A stretch of 32,000 bases of DNA from Candidatus Electrothrix yaqonensis (GCA_047651235.1 CP178758.1:2490001-2522000); one strand, 5' to 3'. Positions 18,352-26,460 are shown, counted from the stretch's first letter. Notes: generated from the letters alone by a model not told the origin. Program-made: numbers and translations.

Positions 18352-19474
18352 AGATCAGGTCAACCTGACAGTCAGAGCAGCGGACCTCCTGACCGAAATT
18401 TTTCTGGTGGACAGCGGCTTTCAGCGCATCGCCAGTGATGTCGGTCAGCTGGAGACAAAAATCGGGCCGGGTATATATAAGGCCCGTTTCCGGGTCGGAC
18501 AGCGGCAGATTGATCAGCTGATCGAAGTGAAAGCCGGAGCCGGGTCGTTGATTCTTGACGGCCCGGCTGTGGAGTTTGCTTCACCTGCTCCGCTGCCGCA
18601 GACTCTCACCCATCGGAAGAAGCATCAGGAGGCAGCACAGGACTTCTCCTGCGCTGTTCATCTCGAAAAAGGTAGCGGCAGTCAGCTGTACCTCTTTATC
18701 CGGGGACTGGAGGAATCTGCCCCGGCTCCCTGGACCGGCGTGTCATTACATGATCTTGACGGCAACTGGCTTGCCGGGCCGGAGCAAGGTGAATGTAACC
18801 AGGAGGACAACTTTTTCGCCCTCAATCTTGCACTTGATCCGGGCACCTACCGGTTGCGGGTTGAGGAAGAGCCGGGTGAAACTTATGAAATGTTTGTCAT
18901 CACGGCGGCAGGATGGCAGACGCAGATTTTTGCTCTGACAGAGGCTGGCTGGCTGCCGGGAGTTGAGACCTGCCGGGCTGCCCTGCCTACAGCGTCGGTA
19001 TTCATGGTCCGGGAAGGACAAGGTTTTACACCGGATGACGCTGCGTTCCGTCGGACGGAACTGCGTCGGCTCGGCCTGATGAGCAGGCGTAAGATCCTGA
19101 CGGAACGCACCGTAAACAGCCTGCTGAAAGAGCTGTCTCCGGATCCGATGGCGGCAATTTTTGCCGCCCATCTGCTGATGCGGCAGGAGCCTGCTGATTC
19201 TGCTGCTGCAACACTGCTGACCAAAGGACTGGCCCCGACCCTCAGAGAGCATCCGGATATTCAGGCCCTGCAACTGCACCAGGAACCGGGTATCCGGCCT
19301 GTTTTTCCGGCTCCGCCTATGCTCAACTTCAGCAGGGAATGTCTTGCGCAGGCAGCGGCCCGGGGAAAAGTCATTATCCCGCCGGGATCACTGACCTGGC
19401 AGATCATGGAGAAACAGGTCAATACTCCGTTGTGGTTTGTGCACCGGCTGGACAATATGGCTGCCGAAAAGTAA
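18332..19474 (+). CDS. Hypothetical protein: two beta-sandwich-like modules plus a helical C-terminal half
   Basis: The ORF is open from 18047, but ATG 18332 lies 7 nt after GAGGTG, and the upstream extension is Arg-rich out-of-frame junk. It overlaps the caspase gene by 20 nt. It contains GPGIYKARF and DPGTYRLRV motifs resembling the caspase C-terminus. I recognise no family. Confidence 0.6.
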   Translation: MSRLQCRDQVNLTVRAADLLTEIFLVDSGFQRIASDVGQLETKIGPGIYKARFRVGQRQIDQLIEVKAGAGSLILDGPAVEFASPAPLPQTLTHRKKHQEAAQDFSCAVHLEKGSGSQLYLFIRGLEESAPAPWTGVSLHDLDGNWLAGPEQGECNQEDNFFALNLALDPGTYRLRVEEEPGETYEMFVITAAGWQTQIFALTEAGWLPGVETCRAALPTASVFMVREGQGFTPDDAAFRRTELRRLGLMSRRKILTERTVNSLLKELSPDPMAAIFAAHLLMRQEPADSAAATLLTKGLAPTLREHPDIQALQLHQEPGIRPVFPAPPMLNFSRECLAQAAARGKVIIPPGSLTWQIMEKQVNTPLWFVHRLDNMAAEK

Positions 19475-19540
19475 TTCGGTTACCGGGCCGGGAAGAACAA
19501 TATCCCGGTCTTACTCAAGAAAAATCAGGAGGAAGGAATC

Positions 19541-21016
19541 ATGTCCGCAGTACAGGAAGAGCAGATGAACGAGGAGTTGAAGGCGTGTCAGGAGAATCCT
19601 GTGGAATTCATGGATCGGCTGCCGCCCAAGTATGATGGAGACGGAGAGACTCTGGATTCTTCCGGAGAGAGCCTGTTTGAGCAGGCTGCTGTTGAGAGCG
19701 GTGACCATATTGAGGCCCGTGATGTTCTGCGGCAGCAGGTAACCGTTAAGGATGAAGTCGCTGTGGGGCGGGCCGCTTTTGCGGATAACGATCAGGCAGA
19801 TGGCTTTGTCGATTCATTTCGTTATGCAGGCCTGCAGAGCATGGAGGCCAACGGCCTCATGCAGGGCGGGCTGAGTGAGTCGCCCTGGTCGGATGATTAT
19901 TGGGCTTTATATTCAGGATCGCTGGGAAAACGTTATGCAGACCCTGCTTTTCCCGGTTCTCAAGACTGGAAAGCGAACTACGATTACGTGCAGGCCCACT
20001 CCGCAGCCGGAATCTTAGGGAGCGGAAATACGGATGCGGTCAACCGGCTTTCCCCGGCGGAAAAATATGACATTCTGGTAGGTGACAGTGACTATTCGCT
20101 GACCCGGCAGATGTGGGAACTGGGAAGAACATACTATGTCCGCAACGGCAAAGTGGAAACATGGATGGGCCTCTGCCACGGCTGGGCACCGGCTGCCTAT
20201 ATGCTGCCCCGTCCGACAGGGACTGCCACTGTCCTGGCGGCAGACGGTCGAACCCGCCTCACCTTTTATCCTTCTGATATCAAAGCACTCGCCACCTTGC
20301 TCTGGGCAAAGACGAAATATAGCTCCCGGTTTATCGGCGGCCGCTGCAATGACCGCAATCCGGCAAAAGATCCGCAGAGCGGCCGGGTGCTTTCACAGAC
20401 ATGTTTTGATACCAATCCCGGCACCTGGCATCTGGCGGTCGTGAACCAGATCGGCGGGTCGCAGCGCAGCATGGTTATGGATGCCACCTATGATTATCAG
20501 GTCTGGAATCAACCGGTGGTGTCGTACAGCTATCGGTATTTCAACCCGAAAACCATGACCTATGCCGGTTCGCCGACAGAGGCTGCAGTGTCGCTCAGTA
20601 CGTTTGCCGAGGACAGGTTTGCCCGCTTCCGCAGCAGTGAAACAGACAGCATTGTCGGTATTATGATGGAGGCGAAATATACCGTCGAGACTGCTCCCAC
20701 GCACAATTCAACGGACAGCCCGGCGCGTGATCAGCTCAAGGCGGTCCGCTATTATTATGATCTTGAACTGGATTTTACCGGCAACATTATCGGCGGAGAA
20801 TGGTATCAGAATGCCCACCCGGATTTTCTCTGGACGCCTGTACAGGGCGAACGGGCCGTGACCTCCGGAGAAAAAAGATATCCGCTCAGCGGTTCCTGGC
20901 AGAGCGGCCAGACCATGCCGCAATCCTGGCAGCAGCTCGCCTCTATGGTGGCCAGGTATGAACAGGCCCCTCTTGCTGTGATTGTGGAGCAGCTGATCGC
21001 GTTTTCCAAGAGCTAA
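19541..21016 (+). CDS. GP42/Pep-13-type transglutaminase family protein (TGase_elicitor-like), paralog 2
   Basis: 491 aa with RBS AGGAGGAAGG. It is collinear with residues from about 121 to the end of paralog 1. Motifs are WMGLCHGWAPAAY, PGTWHLAVVNQIG and MDATYDYQVWNQPVVSYSYRY. No signal peptide and no acidic tail. Confidence 0.8.
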   Translation: MSAVQEEQMNEELKACQENPVEFMDRLPPKYDGDGETLDSSGESLFEQAAVESGDHIEARDVLRQQVTVKDEVAVGRAAFADNDQADGFVDSFRYAGLQSMEANGLMQGGLSESPWSDDYWALYSGSLGKRYADPAFPGSQDWKANYDYVQAHSAAGILGSGNTDAVNRLSPAEKYDILVGDSDYSLTRQMWELGRTYYVRNGKVETWMGLCHGWAPAAYMLPRPTGTATVLAADGRTRLTFYPSDIKALATLLWAKTKYSSRFIGGRCNDRNPAKDPQSGRVLSQTCFDTNPGTWHLAVVNQIGGSQRSMVMDATYDYQVWNQPVVSYSYRYFNPKTMTYAGSPTEAAVSLSTFAEDRFARFRSSETDSIVGIMMEAKYTVETAPTHNSTDSPARDQLKAVRYYYDLELDFTGNIIGGEWYQNAHPDFLWTPVQGERAVTSGEKRYPLSGSWQSGQTMPQSWQQLASMVARYEQAPLAVIVEQLIAFSKS

Positions 21017-21050
21017 TGTCTGATCTTGACCGGTTACTGCAGGGGGGATT

Positions 21051-21731
21051 ATGGCGTTGCTGTTAAACGATATTGGTTATACAGCCTCTCTTGCTGTTGT
21101 CCCCCGGCTGTATGTGGCTCTGACCGGCCTCTGGTTCGGCACCTGCTGGCCTGAAATCCGGGGCCGGGAGAATCTGGACAAGATGCTGACCCACGGGGCG
21201 GCAGTGGTGCCGTTCTGGCATTATTCGCTTTTTTACATGCTGCATCATCTGCGCCGGTATCCGGGCGTGGCTATGGTCAGTGCGAGTAAAGACGGCGAAT
21301 ACATTGCCCGCGTTGCCCAGCTCCTTAATTTCGAGACTGTACGCGGCTCAGCCAACCGTTTCGGGGTCCAGGCGCTGAAGGGCATGGTTGATCATGTGAA
21401 GCAGGGCAAGAATGCCGGTATTGTGGCAGACGGCTCTCAAGGGCCACCCCTGAAGATGCAGCCCGGCGCGATTCTGCTGGCAGCCAAATCCGGCTCACCG
21501 ATTATGCCCATTGTCTGGGCCGCCAAACGATACAAGGCGTTTAATTCTTGGGATAATTCTGTCCTGCCCCTGCCGTTCAGCCCGATTATCCTGCAGTACG
21601 GGGACTTGATTTATGTCGAACCCAAGCTGACCGCTGCGCGGGTGGAGGAATACCGGCAGCAGGTGGAAACCGCGATGCATACCATGTATTGGCGGCTCTG
21701 GGCGGAATTCGGCAAAGACGGGCATGTGTAG
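21051..21731 (+). CDS. DUF374 domain protein (lysophospholipid acyltransferase-like, COG2121)
   Basis: MVSASKDGEYIARVAQLLNFETVRGSANRFG..AL..M......G....IVADGSQGPP...QPGAILLAAKSGSPIMP is the characteristic DUF374 signature. Confidence 0.75.
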   Translation: MALLLNDIGYTASLAVVPRLYVALTGLWFGTCWPEIRGRENLDKMLTHGAAVVPFWHYSLFYMLHHLRRYPGVAMVSASKDGEYIARVAQLLNFETVRGSANRFGVQALKGMVDHVKQGKNAGIVADGSQGPPLKMQPGAILLAAKSGSPIMPIVWAAKRYKAFNSWDNSVLPLPFSPIILQYGDLIYVEPKLTAARVEEYRQQVETAMHTMYWRLWAEFGKDGHV

Positions 21732-21757
21732 AAAAATAACCTGTCAAAGAGGAGATC

Positions 21758-22735
21758 GTGAGCACATTGATTTACGGCGGCGGTGCAGTGGGCCTCGGTC
21801 TTGCTGGGTTTCTGTTACCAGCCGGAGAACAGGTTGATATTCTTGCCCGCAAAGAAACCATGCGTTGTCTGCGGCAGGACGGACTGCAGCGGAGCGGCAT
21901 CTTCGGTGAATATCATGCCGGGCCCCGGGAATTCGGTTGTTTTTCCGTCTCTGATGATCTGCCCGGTACGCCCTACGATTTTATCCTCATCTGTACCAAA
22001 TCCTTTGATTCTGTTGCCGCAGCACAGGATCTCGCCCGCAACCCTTCCCTGCTGCATGACCGGAGCAGAATTATTCTGGTCCAGAACGGCTGGGGTAACG
22101 CGGAGATCTTTGCCGCGCATTTTCCGGCAGAACGCATCTGCAATGCCCGGGTGATCACCGGCTTCTGCAGGCCGCAGAAAAATCATGTGGAGATTACGGT
22201 GCATGTCCAGCCCGTGCATATCGGCAGTCTGTTCGGCAACGATCCGGCCGGGATGGAACATCTCTGTCAGCTGCTCAGCCGGGGCGGTATGCCCTGTGCG
22301 GCTGTGCCGGATATTGCCCGTGATCTCTGGGCCAAAATGCTGTTCAACTGCGCTCTGAACCCGTTGGGAGCGATTTTTAATGTTCCCTACGGTAGTCTGG
22401 CTGAACAGGAACCCACCCGGAAGATTATGAACGAAGTCATTCATGAGGTCTTCAGTATTATGAAGGCGGTCGGCTACAGCACCCACTGGCCGGATGCGGC
22501 AGAATATCTGGAGGCGTTTTATGGAAAAATTGTTCCCCTTGCAGCCGAACATGCGTCCTCTACTCTGCAGGATATCCGGGCGGGGAAGAAGACGGAAATA
22601 GATGCCCTGAACGGGGCTGTTCTCCGTCTGGGGCGGGAAAACGGCATCGCAGTGCCGTGTAATGAGATGCTCTATAATATGATCAGGTTTATGGAACGTT
22701 CCGGAGCAGGGGGGAGCACTTCCGGGATAGAGTGA
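21758..22735 (+). CDS. panE: 2-dehydropantoate 2-reductase (ketopantoate reductase, ApbA/PanE family)
   Basis: GTG start 5 nt after GAGGAG. The N-terminus has a Rossmann motif, IYGGGAVGLGLAGFL, followed by ICTKSFD. The C-terminus SSTLQDIRAGKKTEIDALNGAVLRLGRENGIAVPCNEMLY is typical of PanE. Confidence 0.7.
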   Translation: MSTLIYGGGAVGLGLAGFLLPAGEQVDILARKETMRCLRQDGLQRSGIFGEYHAGPREFGCFSVSDDLPGTPYDFILICTKSFDSVAAAQDLARNPSLLHDRSRIILVQNGWGNAEIFAAHFPAERICNARVITGFCRPQKNHVEITVHVQPVHIGSLFGNDPAGMEHLCQLLSRGGMPCAAVPDIARDLWAKMLFNCALNPLGAIFNVPYGSLAEQEPTRKIMNEVIHEVFSIMKAVGYSTHWPDAAEYLEAFYGKIVPLAAEHASSTLQDIRAGKKTEIDALNGAVLRLGRENGIAVPCNEMLYNMIRFMERSGAGGSTSGIE

Positions 22736-22759
22736 TTGCTCACCTGAATCAGCCTCTGA

Positions 22760-22993
22760 TCAGTCCCTGAACAGGCCGGTACTGCCCCGCGCCCGGTGCT
22801 CACGCGCTGATTGCCGCTCTTCTCTGTTTTCTTCCGGTTCTTCCGGATACCAGCAGAGCACCAGAGTGATCAGGATAATAAGGGCAATACCGAAAAGTAC
22901 TGTTAATGTTGCTAAAATCGGCATACACTGGAGACACATACATCCGGGATAATGATTGGTTGCGGCTGTTCCGACTGGAAAAATATTTCCCAC
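22760..22993 (-). CDS. Small (77 aa) hypothetical membrane protein with CxCxxC motif
   Basis: GTG start 5 nt after a very good SD, AAGGAGG. The protein has PGCMCLQCMP, then one hydrophobic helix (ILATLTVLFGIALIILITLVLCW), then a charged tail. No homolog recognised. Confidence 0.45.
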   Translation of the reverse strand: MGNIFPVGTAATNHYPGCMCLQCMPILATLTVLFGIALIILITLVLCWYPEEPEENREERQSAREHRARGSTGLFRD

Positions 22994-23305
22994 AATTTCC
23001 TCCTTTTCTGAACAAATATTCTGCGGGAAGGTTCGGATTCAATAAATTGCAACTATCATACCGTAACAGGAGGATATTGCTTCGTGATTGCAGCATGATG
23101 GATAAGACATCATATCTTGACGGCATGTATATTTAATTTGCCGTATCAATAATATACTTCATTACCTCCTGGTAACTGTTTCCTTTCTTTGCCCCGACAG
23201 CTAGGATACTTTTTTCCCGACGGGTACAAAAAACTGAATAGTTTTTACCCGATTTTCCAGCCTGTTTCTCACGGACAGGATCTCTGCCCTGTTTCCTGAC
23301 ATCTC

Positions 23306-23334
23306 CTGCAATTTTCTGTGCAGAGAATTTGCAG
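23306..23334. promoter_or_regulatory. Imperfect 13-bp-arm inverted repeat CTGCAATTTTCTG-tg-CAGAGAATTTGCAG, containing copy 3 of TCTGTGCAGAG (23315-23325)
   Basis: The arms pair with one bulge and one T-G mismatch. It lies 82-110 nt upstream of the pilT-like ATG and just upstream of the putative promoter. Confidence 0.5.
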
Positions 23335-23351
23335 TTCAGGCAGGTTTCGCT

Positions 23352-23380
23352 TTTTCTTCATCTTCCAAGTATGGTATAGT
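23352..23380 (+). promoter_or_regulatory. Putative sigma70 promoter with extended -10 (TGgTATAGT) for the pilT pair
   Basis: TG at 23372-23373 and TATAGT at 23375-23380. The -35 is weak (TTTTCT, 17-bp spacer). Called by pattern match only. Confidence 0.3.
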
Positions 23381-23415
23381 TCGTTAAATTTTTTAATTTT
23401 ATACGGAGTGTTCCT

Positions 23416-24477
23416 ATGGCCCTACTGGATAAGGTGTTCAAGGCGGCAGTGGATCTCAAAGCGTCCGACCTCCATGTGCTGCCGGGCGAACCGTTTATGG
23501 TTCGCCGACTCGGTACGATGATCAGGCTGAAAAGCCAGCCCCTGACAGCAGACACCTGCCGCAAGGTGATTCTGGAAATTCTGACCCCGGAACAGCGGCG
23601 CATCCTGAGCGAGGAAATGCAGCTGGACTTTGCCTACGAGATCAAGGGGCTGGGCAGATTCCGAGGTAGCGCCATGTTTCACAACAACGGCATGAGCTGC
23701 ATCTTTCGGGCAATACCGGATAAAATTCCCTCATTTGATGAGCTGGGACTTCCTGAGGTAATGTATAAAATTCTGGAAAATCATCAGGGAATTGTCCTGG
23801 TTACCGGTGCCACCGGGCACGGCAAGACGACCACGTTGGCCTCTATGGTTGACTACATCAACAGCAACCACTCCCATCATGTCCTGACCGTGGAGGACCC
23901 CATTGAGTTTATTCATCCGTTAAAAAAAGGGGCCATCAATCAGCGGCAGATCGGCAAAGACACCCTGTCCTACGGCAATGCCCTCAAGGGGGCGCTGCGC
24001 CAGGATCCAGATGTCATTGTCATCGGTGAGCTGCGCGACCTTGACACCATCTCCTTGGCCATCTCGGCCTCGGAAACCGGCCATCTGGTCATCGGCACCC
24101 TGTCCACTTCCAGTGCTCCCAAAACCGTGGACCGGATCATTGATTCCTATCCTCCGGGTGAGCAGAATCAGATCCGGGCGATGCTCAGTGAATCCCTGAA
24201 AGCCGTGTTCACCCAGCGGCTGCTCCCGGCCAAGGACGGCTCCTGCATGTACCTTGCTGCCGAGGTCATGATCGGTAATCTGTCCATCGCCAATCTGATC
24301 AAAGACAACAAGACCTTCCAGATCCGTTCCACCATGCAGATGGGCACGGCTCTGGGCATGAAGCTGATGGATGAATCTGTCCTTGCACTGCTCAAAGAGG
24401 AAAAGATCAGCTTGGAGACAGCTCAGGCTAATATCGATAAAAAAGAGCTGCTCAAGCCTTTCATGGCCAAAGCCTGA
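23416..24477 (+). CDS. PilT-family type IV pilus retraction ATPase paralog (divergent motifs)
   Basis: 353 aa. SDLHV..GEP...R, Walker A GATGHGKTT, Asp box LTVEDPIEF, Walker B DVIVIGELRD, and a His-box region HLVIGTLSTSSAPKTVDRIID. Confidence 0.85.
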   Translation: MALLDKVFKAAVDLKASDLHVLPGEPFMVRRLGTMIRLKSQPLTADTCRKVILEILTPEQRRILSEEMQLDFAYEIKGLGRFRGSAMFHNNGMSCIFRAIPDKIPSFDELGLPEVMYKILENHQGIVLVTGATGHGKTTTLASMVDYINSNHSHHVLTVEDPIEFIHPLKKGAINQRQIGKDTLSYGNALKGALRQDPDVIVIGELRDLDTISLAISASETGHLVIGTLSTSSAPKTVDRIIDSYPPGEQNQIRAMLSESLKAVFTQRLLPAKDGSCMYLAAEVMIGNLSIANLIKDNKTFQIRSTMQMGTALGMKLMDESVLALLKEEKISLETAQANIDKKELLKPFMAKA

Positions 24478-24494
24478 GAACACGGGGGAATATC

Positions 24495-25556
24495 ATGGCA
24501 ATTATTGACAAGTATTTTCGGGAAATGAAAGAACGCGGAGCCAGTGATCTGCATATGGTGATCGGTTTCCAGCCTCTGCTGCGCCTGCGGGGCGAACTGG
24601 TGCCGCTGGACGAACCGGTACTGACGCCGGAGAGCAACAAAAAAATCCTCTTTGAAATTCTTGATCAGGATCAGCAGGCTGCTACGGAGAAAAATCGGGA
24701 TTTTGACAAGGCGTATGCTTTGGACGGCGTGGGCCGGTTCCGCTGTAATTTTCTGTACCAGCATCGGGGTATCGGCGCGGTATTCAGGATTATTCCGGCC
24801 AAAATCCTGACCGTAGATCAGCTGAACATGCCGGACGTGGTCAGGAGCTTTGCCGATTATGTGCGCGGGCTGGTTCTGGTCACCGGGCCGACCGGCAGCG
24901 GCAAGTCAACCACTATGGCCGCGATCATCGACCTGATCAACGACAAACATGCCAAGCACATCATCACCATTGAGGATCCGCTGGAATTTGTCCATCCCAA
25001 TAAAAAATGCATCTTTTCCCAGCGCGAAGTCGGCTCTCATGCCAAAAGTTTTGCCAAAGCACTGGCTGTGGCAAACCGGGAAGATCCGGACATTATTCTG
25101 GTCGGTGAGATGCGGGATCTGGAGACCATTTCTCTGGCCCTGACCTGCGCAGAACTGGGTATTCTGGTCTTCGGTACCCTGCATACCAACAGCGCGGCCA
25201 AGACTATTGACCGGATCATCAATGCCTTTCCGGCGGATGAGCAGGCCCAGACCAGAACCATGCTGGCTGACTCGCTCAAGGGCGTCATTGCCCAGCAGCT
25301 CCTTAAAACCAAGGACGGCAAGGGCCGCTGCGCTGCCCTGGAAATCCTGATCGGCTCCAATGCACTGGCCAGCATCATCCGGGAAGGCAAGATCAACCAG
25401 ATTGAGTCCATGATCCAGACCGGTACCTCGCAGGGGATGCAGACTATGGACCAGCATCTGCAGCAGCTCATTGACGAGGACAAAATCACGGTTGCTGCAG
25501 CGCGGGAAAAGGCGATCAACAAAGGTCTGTTCCCGCTGCCGGATGAGGAAGAGTAA
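24495..25556 (+). CDS. pilT: Type IV pilus twitching motility ATPase PilT
   Basis: 353 aa with canonical Walker A GPTGSGKSTT, ITIEDPLEF, DIILVGEMRD, GTLHTNSAAKTIDRIIN and AALEILIG..A..IIREGK..QI. Confidence 0.9.
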   Translation: MAIIDKYFREMKERGASDLHMVIGFQPLLRLRGELVPLDEPVLTPESNKKILFEILDQDQQAATEKNRDFDKAYALDGVGRFRCNFLYQHRGIGAVFRIIPAKILTVDQLNMPDVVRSFADYVRGLVLVTGPTGSGKSTTMAAIIDLINDKHAKHIITIEDPLEFVHPNKKCIFSQREVGSHAKSFAKALAVANREDPDIILVGEMRDLETISLALTCAELGILVFGTLHTNSAAKTIDRIINAFPADEQAQTRTMLADSLKGVIAQQLLKTKDGKGRCAALEILIGSNALASIIREGKINQIESMIQTGTSQGMQTMDQHLQQLIDEDKITVAAAREKAINKGLFPLPDEEE

Positions 25557-25622
25557 TTTCCTGCAAGAAAAATCGCAAAACACGAACCGTCAATCGAAAA
25601 AAAACAGAAGGAGACCGGAAGA

Positions 25623-26438
25623 GTGACAGCACAAACTGTATCTCCGCACAAAACAACTTTGGACAAAGGAAATGCCTACTGGATGGCCAGGATGGCCGAA
25701 GCGGTCTACATGAAAGTAGACAACGGTACACGACCGGACGAAGAAAAGATTCTTCAGGGTCTGAAACAGGAGGATGACAGATTTTCTTCCGTAACCGGTT
25801 TTGACAATAAAAGCTCCCAAGCAGCCCTGGTGGAGCATAACGATTATATCTGCATGGCCTTCCGGGGCACCGATGAGCTGGAAGACTGGCTGGACAATAT
25901 AAAAATCACTGCAACCAAGCAGCTGTTCGGCCATTTTCATCTCGGATTCTGGGAAGCTGTGCAGGACATCTGGCCGCCCATGCTTGCCTGTTATGAGGAG
26001 GCGCAGAAGAACGGCAGCCGTCCGCTTTTTATTACCGGTCACAGTCTGGGCGGAGCTATGGCGACCATAGCTGCGGCCATTATGATGCATGAAAATAAAG
26101 CTGTTGCCAGTGTCTATACTTTCGGTCAGCCCCGAACCATGCGGCCGCTTACCTCAATGAAGTTCAATACTAAGTGTAAAAATATTTTTTTCCGATTTCA
26201 TAATAACAATGATATTGTCACCAGAATTCCCGCAAGGATAGCCGGTTACAGTCATGTCGGCACCTACCTCTATATCTCCCAGGAAGAGACCATTTATGAA
26301 GAAGTAGGGTGCTGGTTCAGATTTCTTGATTATGTTGACGGAGCGATCAGTGATTTGGGAGAAAAGGGCATGGATATGCTCAAGGACCATAGTATGAAGA
26401 ACTATCTGGAAGCAGTCAAAAAGTGGGACTTTAAGTGA
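25623..26438 (+). CDS. Class 3 lipase / alpha-beta hydrolase (Lipase_3 family)
   Basis: GTG start after AGGAGA. AFRGTDELEDWLDN, a nucleophile elbow ITGHSLGGAMA, FHNNNDIVTRIP (catalytic Asp region), and DHSMKNY (catalytic His region). Confidence 0.8.
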   Translation: MTAQTVSPHKTTLDKGNAYWMARMAEAVYMKVDNGTRPDEEKILQGLKQEDDRFSSVTGFDNKSSQAALVEHNDYICMAFRGTDELEDWLDNIKITATKQLFGHFHLGFWEAVQDIWPPMLACYEEAQKNGSRPLFITGHSLGGAMATIAAAIMMHENKAVASVYTFGQPRTMRPLTSMKFNTKCKNIFFRFHNNNDIVTRIPARIAGYSHVGTYLYISQEETIYEEVGCWFRFLDYVDGAISDLGEKGMDMLKDHSMKNYLEAVKKWDFK

Positions 26439-26460
26439 TCTTTTCTGACAGATTCTCCTC

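Noticed and set aside
22800-23136. 108-aa (-) and 76-aa (+) ORFs overlapping the small membrane ORF region
   Set aside because: They have no RBS and odd composition. They overlap the SD-supported 77-aa ORF in other frames.
23133-23162. 9-codon mini-ORF on the minus strand preceded by AGGAGG
   Set aside because: The SD-to-ATG spacing is only 2 nt and the peptide is trivially short. It is not supportable as a leader peptide without conservation data.
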